NCBI GenBank assembly: GCA_051530055.1 | Contig: CM121342.1 | Coordinates: 9,315,480 to 9,379,479, forward strand | Origin: Neoechinorhynchus agilis | Taxonomy: Eukaryota > Animalia > Acanthocephala | DNA length: 64,000 nt | Direction: 5' to 3' | Shown here: positions 23,900-36,485 of the stretch, piece after piece | How the letters are laid out: each line of letters begins with the position of its first letter | Position numbering within the stretch: position 1 is the stretch's first letter | The notes under the pieces: model-generated | What the model was told of the DNA's origin: nothing | What the model saw: only the letters and a program-made list of their open reading frames with translations | Databases searched by the model: none | Program-made: the position numbers and the translations under genes

Positions 23900-24460
23900 T
23901 GAGTGGCTCGGGCTGCAATAAGTTGAGCTTAGAATGGGCAAGACTCAACGTGTATTATTCATCTGAAACGATGCCCGCGTTATATCCTTCTGAATATCAG
24001 CTATCGTTCGATGTATTATGGTCGGATTTCTTCGTGTCTCGGACTTGGGCAGTATCTGGCGCCACTGACCGTTTCGAATGTAACAATGCGAATGGATATA
24101 TGAACGCAGTTCTGCCTAAGACTAAGAATTCGTTAGCATTGTGGATAGGTGATCAAGAGTTGTATAATCTACTACTTTTCGGTTCTCGCGAACTTTTGAA
24201 AATTGCCAAAAGCAAATAGAATCCATTTAGAAAACTTGGGCAATCTCTAGCCTGGTATTTTTTCCAGAGGTCGCCCTCCAGAACAGAAACTACAGTTCAT
24301 TAGCGCCTTTTTGAAGCATCTAGACTCGTTGCCTCTTACCTGGGCTGGAGAGCTAAGAGACATCTCCCTTATAAGGCTTGGGAAATGGACGAATCAATAG
24401 GAATCTAGCATGTGACTATTATAAAATAACTCATGATGAATAAATCATGTTATGTTATGT
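23900..24460 (+). mobile_element. 3' end of the APE-RT LINE family (same family as 1329-1900)
   Basis: 24210-24420 is a close reverse-complement match to ~1380-1580 and ends in AATAAA plus (TGTTA)n. Confidence 0.85.
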
Positions 24461-24469
24461 TTAAAAAGA

Positions 24470-25240
24470 CAAAAATCGAATCAAACGCGCACCAATGTTG
24501 CCCCAATGTTAGAACTTCATCAGCTCAATTTTTGACCGTCAATCAATTTGAGCGGCGACTGGATGAAGTTCAAGCCCGACTCACCGAAGCGATCACTACA
24601 CTCGAGAGGAAGCTCAGCACTCTCCTCAATAATTTTGACAATGTTCCGAATCTACTTTCTTCATGTATTAAAGTGCCGGATAACTGTGCACGTAAAAGGG
24701 CTGGCAATTCAAACTTGGATCCTCAAGGTTTTAAAAAACAAGTCATAGAACCCAATCCGTTCACATCTGAAAATCCTGATTCCCTTAAGGACGTCGAGGT
24801 ATCAGACGCTAAATTCGTCACAAACATCATCGCGAATCAATCCTCGATTATCAAAAATGGCACTGCATCCCTCACATCCAATGGAGCTGCCAGAATTCTA
24901 TGATGACTCAAAGGCTCAGGTAACTGTGGGGATCTGAGGGTGCTACAATGGAACTGCGGCGCGGGACAAATTTAGCAAGGTTAGCTCGCTTTATATCAAG
25001 TGTTTCGATTTTCTTCATACAAGGAATCAAAAAACGTTTTTTATTCAGATCAACTATATGCTCATCTCCCCCAATTCCACTCTCCCTTTCTCACTTTTTT
25101 ATCACTACTCCAGTAGGTCGTGCTTCGCAGGGACTTTTATCGGTTATCCAATCCACTCTTAACCCCAAGTTAATTTCGTCATATGAAAACATTATATCTC
25201 TCGTAAATTTTAACATCAGACCTGGCTTACGACTCAAGTC
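24470..25240 (+). mobile_element. LINE 5' region: ORF1-like coiled-coil plus APE N-terminus
   Basis: ORF 24433-24903 (ERRLDEVQARLTEAITTLERKL) is followed by LRVLQWNCG, an APE start motif. Confidence 0.65.
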
Positions 25241-25244
25241 CCTA

Positions 25245-26200
25245 TATTTTGTCCACTGTGACACCGTCCGGTCTACGCCAATCGAGTCGGCAAATACTGC
25301 TCGGCTCTAGGATGTTGGGCGCATTCACTGAATTGAGGGCACAGCTAAGAATTGCGTTCACTTCGGCATGTCGTGAGTACCTTCCGCCCGATTGCCGGCA
25401 GACGAGACCATAGCGTCCCGATGGTTCCACGGTCGCTCTGCAACGGCAGCGATGGGATGTGCACTTCGGTACCGCAAGTCTTAGGGACACTGCAAAACTG
25501 ATTGTTTGCAACCATTGACGGGAACCTGCTAGCTGCCTGAATCTCCACATCAAAGATTAAGCGCCTCCACGAAATCTTCATCCAAAGTGTAATTCTCCCC
25601 AAGAACGGATTTAACTACTTCGCGGCTTGCTTAATACGATCAGAAATAAGTTGGCAGAGAAATATCGTCTGCTTTTCGGATACCCAAACCGCCGGACGAC
25701 ACAGGCAAGGACGCTTGACGCCAGGCTTCGTTCGGCAGCTGAGTACTTAAAATTTTCTCGAGGGAGGCTTTCACCGTCGCGTCTAATTTTGCCAGCTTAT
25801 CTTTATGTCTAAAAAAGGTGCTGTGTGCAGCTTATACAGCAGTTTTGGAATAAAGAGGGTGTTCGTGATCATGAACCGAGCCTCGTGTGAAGACAATTCA
25901 TCAACTAGTTCGCACAGCACCGAAAGTTGCGGTTGAAGATTGGCAATCTCTGCCTCGACATTCCAATTTATTTCATACTGTGAGATCCTTCTCTCGTTTA
26001 TACGAAAGCCGTTCTCTTCGCTTTCCTGGGTGGCAATTTTTCTTAGCGAAGCGTTCCGGAGACCCTCTTCTAGTTAAAATTTTATCGAATCGTTATTGGG
26101 GTGCCCGGTACATCAACAAAAGTACGCGGACCCTCTTGCTGACCTACATCCTTTCTCATCAAGATGATGGAACACTTTCTAAAGTAAGAAACGGACACCT
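25245..26200 (-). mobile_element. Old CRE-like non-LTR fragment (RT C-terminus + RLE)
   Basis: AWRQASLPVSSGGLGIR; HRCRC..GLVC..GGRYSRHAEVN; EPSSICRLDWRRPDG. Confidence 0.8.
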
Positions 26201-26227
26201 TGGAAATCCAAGTTATTTTTTTGGATG

Positions 26228-28260
26228 AAATCCACACCGTATTTTCCTCCCTTCCGCTGCACTGACGGCACCATCGGCGATTTCGAGGGAGTAGGGGATG
26301 TTGCTGGCTGCGAGGGTGTCCACACACGTGGCTTCCCAGGGAATGCATTTGCCCTCCCGCCACGGGAAGACCGAAATTCCATCGGGCCTACGGCCGTCTA
26401 GTCGACAAAGGTGGGCGGGTTCCAGGATGTTCGGGAAGTTCGCCGTTCTCAACGCCCGAGAAATTGCGTTATTGATTTCAGAATGGCGTGAGAATCTTCC
26501 TCCTGATCTTCTGCAGACGAGACCGTGTCGCCCGAAAGCATCAACCAAAGACCCACATCGACAGCGATTTGGCGTGCATATCGGGAGACCAAGTCTTAAG
26601 GATACTGCGATCCTCGTTACCTCATCAGTAAGAAGAGTTCCCACTGATGCCAGAGGAACAGCCTCCAACCACGCCCCAGATTTTCCTGTTGAAACTGCCA
26701 ACAGTCTAGCTCGGACGACCCCATCGCGAGAACCTGAAAGTAGAGAGCTGTGAGCTCTCGCGACAAGAGGTCCGTCCCAGATAGACTGTCTGAGGCCATT
26801 CACGGTAACATGGTTAGCGCCTGTCTGCTGTCACCATTCCTCAACCGCCACTACTAAATCTCGGTCAAGACAGAACTTTTCCTTCAAAATTTTCTTCGAT
26901 ACTGGTAGGCTCTCCTCAAACGATCCAAGAAAGGCTGGCAAAGCAAGGTCCACTAGTGCCCGAATCCCCAATCCCCCAGATGACACAGGCAAAGAAGCTT
27001 GTCGCCACGCCTCATATGAGAGCTGGACATTTAAAATACGCTCGAGACACGCCCTCACCTTGCCGTCGAGCTTAGCCAATCCTTCCTTATGTTTGAAAAA
27101 TGTTGCTGTTCGAACCTTGTACAATAATTTGGGGATGAAGAGCGCATCTTTATAAGAAACAAGGCTTCATGAGCCGAGAGAGCGCTCACCCTATCGCACA
27201 GCAACGAAAGTTTCGGTATGATATGGCCGATCTCATCTTCCACATTTGAATCGAAGACGCAACTGCCCAGGAGGCTTAGTTGCTCCCGAGTCACGAGTTT
27301 CAGAACTGGAGCTATGGCTTCGAAACCAGCCATTAGTTCTTTGACTTTGGTGGCGTCTCCAATATTCAATACAAGGAGCTCACATTTTCCAGCATTGAGC
27401 ACAATGCCCATCTTCGAGGTCTCCCTAATCAGCGTCTCCAAATCACGCAATACAACGGAGGGATCACCACCGAGCGTAGCGTCATCCAAGTACCAAGCGT
27501 TGAAGCTGGAATGGAGAGAATGCGCTATTGGATTTACTGTTAGGGAGAATGCGATTGGACTGAGGGGATCTCCTTGCTGCACTCCTCTTTCGGACCAAAT
27601 GAGGTGCTCTTCGAAAAGCAAAGGAATCGCCGTCCCGTAGGCATTGAGAAAATACTGGAAGGCTTCTGGTGCGTGATCCCGAATTGCGCAGAACATGGTT
27701 TCTCTATTGAGAGAGTTAAAGGCGTTCCGAAAATCGCACTTAAGAATCACGCACGGCTCTGAGCTTCTCGTAGCAAAGTTTCGGAGCGGGTGGACAATAG
27801 CTTCAACCCCGCAGGATGTGCAGCAGCCCAGTTGGACTGGACGAAGTTGTTGTCCGGTTTTCTCTGTAATACGTTCGCAGAGAATTTTTCCTGCGAGTCG
27901 GCGTATCGTCGAGCCATGAAGGCGCACAGTTCGTTTGCAGGCAATCATTGAGCAATCCCGTAAATGCTTTGGCGACCAGATATCGCGCGCCTTTAGGGAT
28001 CCGTTTCAGGACGTTCCTGGGCAGAAACCGCACGATATCAGGTATCGAAATAGAATCAGTGGTGATCTGAGGGGTCTCAATCACAAAAGGTTCGATTAAT
28101 TGTGGTGGAGAACCAGACCCACTACAGCGGAGATCCCGGGGACCATGCGTTGCACGGAACCAAAATTGGATACCACGAAGACCTCTTTCCGGTTCAACGA
28201 CTCCTTCTACGATCAGAAAGACGGACACAGAAAAGTGCGAAATTCTATTCCGTAACATAG
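26228..28260 (-). mobile_element. CRE-like non-LTR retrotransposon (RT + zinc knuckle + restriction-like endonuclease), young subfamily
   Basis: CDFRNAFN, GVQQGDPL, WYLDDATLGG, CRCG..HGLVC..RHSEIN, RPDGISVFPW..WEATCVDT. Nearly identical to 49190-50965. Confidence 0.9.
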
Positions 28261-28269
28261 AAGAGGGTC

Positions 28270-28750
28270 GTGCAAAGGGCGTGATAAAGCGCGACTTTGA
28301 ACTTTGATGGGAATCTAGAACACAAAATTAACACCCTTCTAAAGAAATTATCGGTGCTTTGCGATAGGGTCTGTGAGCTTGGATCACACGAGGCCCCAAG
28401 TTCCTTTATGCTCTACGCATTGCGCCGTTTTTCAAGCACAATATTCAGCTTGGCAAGCTAGATGACAGATTGAAGGACTGCCTCGAGCGAGTTTTAAATG
28501 TTCAAGTGTCAAAAGAGGCATGGCGACAAGTATTTTTGCCTTTATCTTCTGGCGGGTTGGGCACCTGGAAAACAGCAGACATATCCCTGCCCGCATTTTT
28601 AGGCTCCGATGTGGGATGCAGGAGCGCAGTTCAGCGCATTTTGCAAGATACGTATCGTCTTGATGGGCATTTTTGAGAGGGAATCAGTTTGTGGTGTACG
28701 CTGACTAACTCCGATCAAGTAAGAAAATTTTTCGCGTGGTACTTTAACCT
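28270..28750 (+). mobile_element. CRE-like RT C-terminal fragment
   Basis: CLERVLNVQVSKEAWRQVFLPLSSGGLG. Confidence 0.75.
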
Positions 28751-29639
28751 AAGCGATCAACCTGTTTTTAAAAAGATTGATATCCTTGTTTAAACTTTTA
28801 CGTCCAATCTTAAAATTAATGATGACATTAGCAAGCTTAAAAAATACTAAATATCGCTAGAATCAATGCTAATCGAGCTTTCAAGCTAGGTCTTAGACCC
28901 AAAGCCATCCAAATAGTCTGGAATCCCTGGGCTATTTCGGCCATCGTCTTTTTTTTCTAGAGGCAGACCGCCAGAATTACGCCTGAATTTCTTTAGCACA
29001 TTTCTCAGTCCTCTATTCCTCCGAGCATAAGCCATAATGGACCTTGTCAGAAATGTCCAAATGGCTAAATTTGTAAACAAGCATCAGTCTTGCTTTCTCT
29101 AAAAAATTTGCCACCCCCGCATCATGTCTGTGTGCTCATGCGAATAAATCACTTGTTGTTATCGTGACAAATTCGAGTCAAATAAGGCGGACTACAGACT
29201 AAAACTCAGGATAACGCCACCGTTACTTACCTTTTAGATCTGAACAAATCCGACGAAACGATCGAAATATTGAGAACAATAAATCAACATCTATTTTTCT
29301 TATCCCCAAAAATACACATATTGCAAACGTAGTAAATGTCTAAAACAATGGGTAAACAGGAACCCAAATTGAGGTTCCGACCACCTTGATCATCCTACCT
29401 TTTTCTAGAATCTGAAAGTCCCAAGTAGAGGACGAATTATTAATAAAATTAAATTATTTTTCTCTATTTCGCCTTGACCAAAACAGATATAGAAGTCTGG
29501 ACCAAAAAATCTAGTGTTGTATATACATGAAGATATAGAAGTTCCCATCCAAAATCTTTTGTCCTTTTGGAATTTCCGGAAGAGCGAAGATGGGAACCTG
29601 ACCGAATATCAAAAGGACTTACAAACAAGCGGAGAACTT

Positions 29640-32340
29640 GCAAGCAAAACTAAATTCGGTTCATCAAATCACTACTTTGGGACAAACAATCTCATTTGCA
29701 CGGCAAACACGATCTTTATCCTATGTTACGACTGGAGGATGTGGTCAAATCCCGCGATCACTACAATCGGCAACACCAGAAAATCCGTCGACGCTCCCCG
29801 ATGACGCCGGCAGTCTTCCTTCCGCTGCTGATCTCGTGCGTGTTCTTCCCAGGAAAAATGATTCACCGCACTTCTGCTGGACTGCTTGGAGCGAAATGCA
29901 GTCCTCTTGTATACGGCTCTTTGCTTTCTCCAGACTTGTACTTTCCGCTGGCGACAGTTCGGAGGAATCCCTCACTGCGGTAATCAAAAGACGCCTCGTT
30001 TCCTTTGAGGAGTGTTTCTCGAGCACTCGTCGGTTAGCAAAGGAGCATCCCGAACAACGTGCGAATGAGACTAACTGCCATCGAACATCTATAAGACCGC
30101 TTGCTGAGCGTGTATTTTCAAAACTCGCTGATGGAGACGCTCGGGGAGCTGTCCGTATTTTGTCCTCCTCTGAAATATTTGCAAGTTATTCGCCCTCCAA
30201 ACTTCAGGGTTTAAAGTTGAAGCAACCGCAAAGTTCAACCCAAACAGAAAATCCTACATGTTCCATCCCTCAAAGACATTCCACTTCGACAGTTGAACTG
30301 AGAATGGCCATATCCTCCTTCGCCAATGGCCCTGGCATCGATGGGCTTCGTCCTGAGCACCTAAACGATATGGTCGACCCTTTCATCGAAGAAAATTTAC
30401 ATCTGCGGGCAATTGAGTTATTTTTGGCGCATCTTTGTGCGCTTTGAACAAAAAGACTAGTGGGATTCGTCCCATCACCATAAGCTCTGCTCTACGTCGC
30501 AAAAATCCTTTGCAAGCGTATTGCAGAAGGGATAGGGCAGCAACTTCGCTCAGTCCAACTAAGATGCTGTACACCCTGCGGGTCCGAAGCCAGTGTCCAC
30601 GCACTCCGCCAGTTCATAACCAATAGTTCATGCCGTGTGTGATTTTGAAGCGCGACTTTACAAATGCCTTCAATTCCATTCACCGTACCGCTCTGTCTGA
30701 GGAACTCAAAAGTCACGCACCAGAAGATTTTCCTTGTTTTCTCAACGCATACGGGACCCCGACTCCCTTGCTGTTCAATGACCACCTCATTTGGTCCGAA
30801 CGAGGAGTACAGCAGGGAGACCCTCTCGGTCCAATCGCTTTCTCCCTTGCATTGAATCCAATAGCGCACTCTCCCCAGTCCAGCTTTAACGCTTGGTACC
30901 TGGATGACGCTACGCTCGGAGGTTATCCCTTCATAGTACTGTGCGATCTGGAGACACTCGTAAAGGAGATTGCGAGATTGGGCGTTGAGTTTCATGCACG
31001 GAAATGCTAACTGTTGGTAATGAATATCGAAGATGAGTCAGCACAGAGCGAAATCGTCAAAGTTTTTAGAAATATGGCACCCGGTTTAGAACTTATCACT
31101 CTAGACCGGCTGAGTCTTCTAGGGAGCTGAGTTTTTGATCCTAATGTGGAAAATGAAATCGAGCATCTACTCCCGAACATCACGATGTTGTGCGATAGAG
31201 TCCGGGAACTTTCGTCACACGAGGCTCTATTCCTGATCAAGAATACCCTCTTCATCCCGAAACTGCTTTACAAACTGAGCACCGCTTCCTTCTTCAAGCA
31301 CGTTGATAAGTTTAAGAAGCTCGATGACATTGTGAAGGCGTGTCTCGAGCACATTTTAAATATCCAGCTATCAGACGAGGCCAGACGACAAGCTTCATTG
31401 TCTGTATCGTCCGGTGGCTTCGGTATTCAAAAAACAGTAGATGTGTCGTTGCCCGCGTTTTTAGGATCATTCGGAGGGAGTCGGGATCTAGTAAAACGTA
31501 TGTAGGGACCCAAGTTCTGTTTAGCGGACGAATTTCTAGTGCGGTCCATGAATGGTGGGAGAATACGGGTTACGACTAAGTCCCTTGAATGGCCTAAAGC
31601 TATATTTCTGGGATAAACCTTTTGTCGCCTGAGCTCCCAGTTCTCTAATTTCAGGCTCTCGCGATGAGGTCGACCGTGCAAGATTGCTGGCAGTCTCTAC
31701 AAGAGAATTCTTAGCATGGTTAGAAGCAATACCCATTGCATCCGTGGGAACACTCTTCGTAGACGAAGCAGTTCGGATCGGAATGTCCTTCAGATTAGAT
31801 CTACCGATTTGTGTCGAGCATCGTTGCCGGTGTGGAATGATCGTGGATCCACTGGGGAGGCATGGTCTTGTTTGCAACAAATATGGGGGTCGTTTCTCAC
31901 GGCATGCTGAATTGAACGACGTAATTTCGCGTGCCCTAAATACGGTGAACGTCCAAAACATTTAAGAGCTAAGCAACCTGTGCCGACTAGATAGTCGTCG
32001 TCCGGATGGCGTCACCGTATTCCCGTGGCGAGAAGGCAAATGTCTTCTCTGGAACGCCCTGTAGACAAGTTCGCGGCAAGTAACAGGAGGTTTGTAGTGC
32101 AGTCACCAGGGGGGAACGGCTACTGCCGCGGAGGACCGAAAGGTGGCGAAATATAAAGAATTAACTAGGTCTCACGTTTTTGTACCCTTTGGGGTGGAGA
32201 CTCTTGCCGCGCTCGGTAGCTCGGCACTTAAACTTACAGAGGAGTTATCGAGTAGACTCCAGGCCAAGACAGGAAATACAAGAGCTGGTGCCTTCCTGCG
32301 CCAAAACATTGGTCTCGCGATCCAAAGAGGAAACGCAGGG
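29640..32340 (+). mobile_element. Long degenerate CRE-like element
   Basis: GPGIDGLRPEHL, RPITI, DFTNAFN, GVQQGDPLGP, WYLDDATLGG, HRCRCG, FVPFGVETL, IGLAIQRGNA. Confidence 0.9.
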
Positions 32341-32459
32341 GAGAGCGATGCTTTTCCTTCGTGGATGGTGATGATTGTTGAAACGTTTTGTTGTTGTGCG
32401 TTTGCTTCGTTTGTTACTTCAAACTATAGTTAAATCCAAAGATCGAAAAAGTGATCCTT

Positions 32460-32900
32460 CAAAAGCCCCTTTTTATTTTGCACTGCGTAAAACTGCGGCC
32501 TTAATTGCGAAAACGGACAAAATTGTATTACTTGCAGACTTTAACACACGAGTTTGGCCGTGACTACGTTACCTGGAGTAAAGTAATTGGATTTCATGGA
32601 ATGAGGAAGTGAAAATCTAATGTGCTGTTACTGCTTGGTATTTGCGCCGAGTTTGAATCGTGCATTTCCAAAACTTACTGAGGCAGTTGGATGCACCCGA
32701 AATCTTAACGCTGGCATAAAATTTATAATATGACCATAAGACAAGAAATATCTATACTACTTCTACGTGACGAAAGCAATCAGAAGTGGAGATGACTTTT
32801 GGACAGACAATGGAATCCTATAAACTCAAACCAAAACGCTGCATAACGGAGATCCGTCGAAAGCTGGAGATCACAAAGATTCATCAATTAAAATCGCAAA
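32460..32900 (+). mobile_element. RTE-like APE endonuclease remnant
   Basis: DKIVLLADFNTRV, VIGFHG, WMHPKS*RWH, FWTD. Confidence 0.7.
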
Positions 32901-34019
32901 TGGTTAAGAATCACTACAAAAAATCATTAAGGAATAGTCAACACTCAACGCTCAACACGTGACTATTACTGGAATCAACTGAAGCCTCGTATTACCACAG
33001 CTGCCACTGTGAAAAAACAACACATCTCTTCTTTTATCTAAGCAATCAGGCAGATTACCAAAATGAACAACACATTGGGATTCCAAAAGAGGAAGCAATC
33101 CAACCGATTTGTTAAGGACTCCAAGATCCCAATTCCCATCGAACGAAGAAGACTTCACTTCCCATCCCTTAAATTGAGTGATAAAAGACAACAGCGGATG
33201 GGTCAATATCGAGAAAAGAGAAACGCCGAAACTATTCAAAAAACTGATTACAAATACCAGTCTGGCCCGCCATCATTACCGATTCCCATCCGAGGCAGAG
33301 GTAGGTCTCGCTTTCGAGCTATGGTTACTAGACGATACAAGCGCCATGTGAATCAAGGAATTTCTGAATTCAACGAGCGTTCAATGTAAATGCTCAGGAT
33401 GAACCAGCGCAACAACCTTTAATACCACACCTTCAAGAAAACTGCCTAAAAATTCAGTTAAAACCCCGTTGCTATTGATCAGACGCACTCGACTTCCAAG
33501 TTAACAATTTCTCTAACATAATCAGCACCCTCGAGACCTAAAATACCTAGAATATCACCAGAAATAAACCCTTCCAATCGATCCACTAACTCTCCCAAGC
33601 TCCCTACCTTTCGTCGTTGACCGTCATACTGCGATTCCATCATCCACATCGGATCCGTCATCCACTCCAAATTCAGGTTATCACGAGGACCTAGAGGTTC
33701 ATGGTTCCTCTTCTTTATCGAGCCCTCAAGATCTGATGACAATGATTATACTGACACAAAATCTCGCGAAGAACATATTAAAAGACTATGGATATGGATG
33801 TGAAATGCAATCAAGAATATACCTATCGAATCGGTGGAATGGAATAACTTCAGGCTTTCAACAAACAAAATTACTTGACTCGTTTGTCAGTTCAATCTAT
33901 TTTTTAACGTGTTTTTCCTCACGTGGAATTAACATAGAAGAATACTTTCAAATAATTTTCAAATATGGCGACTCACTTTGTTCGCTCCCCGAGTTATTTT
34001 CTGACAAGCGACAATTAAG

Positions 34020-34190
34020 GGTAAGAAATCAACCACCTGCTCCAAAGTCGCTCGATTCATCGGAGAACAAAACAAAGCGAAGCGAGGAACAAAATTACAA
34101 CGATGAAAAACCGACGGCGATTTAAAAGGTATCAAAAAACGACAGAATTCTTATCCGTTTATTAATTTGGCGGGCGTTTAAATATTTGTC
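34020..34190 (+). repeat. Dispersed AT-rich repeat copy
   Basis: Homologous to the reverse complement of ~4575-4750. Confidence 0.7.
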
Positions 34191-36327
34191 GTCATTCTGC
34201 TTGGTCCCTTTAAATTGACGGCGATTTTATTCTTTTTTTCAGGTGTTGCATTGTTCTTTGGGATCGCAACGCTCATCAGGTTCTTTATTTTTGTTTCATC
34301 CGATCTTATCCAGTCATCTTCCAGTATATGTCCTAAGTAAACTACTCGTGTTTGAATAAGTTGGCACTTTTCCAATTCAAAATTCATCCCCTTCTCGTCC
34401 AATAACCTCAACACCTCTCTAAGATTTTGGAAGTGAATCTCATCGTTTGCCCCCCGTGACAATTATATAGTCAAGATACACTCCAACGTTACCAACGTTT
34501 TTTAGTATATCATCAATGATCCTTTGGAAAAATTGAGGCGCATTAGTGAGACCAAAAGGCAATCGCCTGTATCGGAATAAACCAAAAGGTGTCGCGATTA
34601 CACACAATTTGCTGCTTTCCTCATCGGGTTCGACTTGTAAGTAGGCACCCGATAAGTCCGAAGCTGAATATTTCTTCCCACCAACCAATTTGCTTAACAA
34701 CTCGTCCACCATCGGCATCTGATACGATTCGGCCATTAAATGCGGGTTGAGCGTGCTTCTGAAATCCGCACATATCCTCACTGATCCATCTCCTTTTCTG
34801 ACCACAACTATTCGTTTTCGGCCGGGTCCACTACTTCTAAAACTCCTCGCTCCACTAATCTTTCCAAATCGCATTCCACCGGTTTCTGCAGAGCGAAGGG
34901 AATACGTCTTGCTGAGCATTGGACCGGTCTTGCTTCTTTATCGATGCACAAATGCGCTTTGACCCCTAGATAGGTTCATCCTTCTGCACGCACAATCTTG
35001 GAAACCATTTACTGATTATCTTACGACTCACATCAAATCCTTCCTGTTTTCGGGTGCTGCAGATCTCTACTGACTTAGGCATCGTCATTTTGGACACTTT
35101 GCGCCATGCTAGACCAAATAAACATCGTGTTCCTTCCGATGCTTTAATAACCGCCGCTTCCAATCGCCGAGAACGACCATCAATTCGGACCATTACCATG
35201 CATTTCCCCAGACAACATAGCGGCGTTCCGCCAAAACTGCATATGTTTTATCCTGGTTTCAAATTCGGCTTTCCGATCCTTGTCCATGCTTCTTCAGTAA
35301 GGATTGTTATATCCGCACCCGTATCGAATTGCATTTTAATCCTTACTTTATTTATTTTCGGCGAGATCATTGCTCTTCGAATAGTTTCTCCTTTGGTCAC
35401 CGCGCTTACTTCTATTGACTCTTCTTCGGATGAGAAAATTGATTCGCTTCGCATTAATTTTGTGAACCGTGATTTACGCGATCGGCACATCCTTGCGAAA
35501 TGGCCTGTTTTGCCACATTCATAGCATTTCGCTTCTTTGGCGAAACATTTCTGCTGCTTGGTATGTGAGCGACCACAATTCGGGCATTTTACACGCCTTC
35601 GTGTTAAACTTACTTCCGCTATCTCTTCGGATACCACTGCTGGCTTGACTTCATCATTTTCGATCAACTTTGCCGTTTGTTCTGCTAACTCCAATCCTTC
35701 CGCCATCTGACTAAGCTCTTCCAACGATATTGATGATCTTCCTAATGCTGCCCTCCTTAATGCTGTTGATGGAGTATTGAGGATGATATGGTCCTTTATC
35801 CTATCGTTGGCAGCTGTCACTTCATCTCGAATTCGGGAGTTGAAAAAATTACACCCTCTCGCACATCATCTGAGCTCAGTAATCTATTCAAGGCGCGTTT
35901 GTTCGTGCCGCTTTCTTAGTTGGCGTAGACGATAGCGCTGTGCCACCTCGTGAATTTTCCCCAAAGTGATTGTACAGCTTCAGAATCAAATCCTCATATG
36001 TTAATTTTTTAAAAGCCCGACCCGTCGTTAATTTTTTAACTCTTGGAACACAGTCGCACTGAGCCAGGAAAGAAGACATCCTCGTTTTTCCCACTATCCA
36101 CAATTCCATTTACTTCGAAATGCTGCTCCAACTGTCCAACATATTCCATCCGTGCTTGCTTCTCTCCATCAAATGTCTTGAATACCGATAAACTGCTAAT
36201 CCTCTGAGTCAGGTCCTTTTCCTCCGTCCATCTTTCTAAGATCGCTGATTGTCTCTCCTGCTGCTCAAGAAGCTCCAATACCTTGGTATGTATTTCCATT
36301 AATGATTGGATCCCACCCTCGTCGCCA
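34190..36327 (-). mobile_element. Mag-like Ty3/gypsy 5' part (PBS, gag with two zinc knuckles, protease, RT), degenerate
   Basis: PBS 36310-36327; CPNCGRSH...CYECGKTGHFARMC; FDTGA; RICADF, YRRLPFG, YLDYII. Confidence 0.9.
36310..36327 (-). promoter_or_regulatory. PBS complementary to tRNA-Ser(GCT) 3' end
   Basis: TGGCGACGAGGGTGGGAT on the minus strand; matches the recalled metazoan tRNA-Ser(GCT) end. Confidence 0.8.
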
Positions 36328-36467
36328 GGTGATAATGTTGACATCGAAACAGCAGCTAGTTTTTTTTAAACTCACAAACCACACACACGAATTTTTTGTA
36401 ATTGTGTTATCGATCGGCGCTTTGTGTAGTGAGTGAATTATCAATCCCCGCTTAACATTGGGACATT

Positions 36468-36485
36468 TGGCGACGAGGGTGGGAT
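36468..36485 (+). promoter_or_regulatory. PBS complementary to tRNA-Ser(GCT) 3' end
   Basis: TGGCGACGAGGGTGGGAT, 2 nt after an LTR-like ...GGGACA end. Confidence 0.8.
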
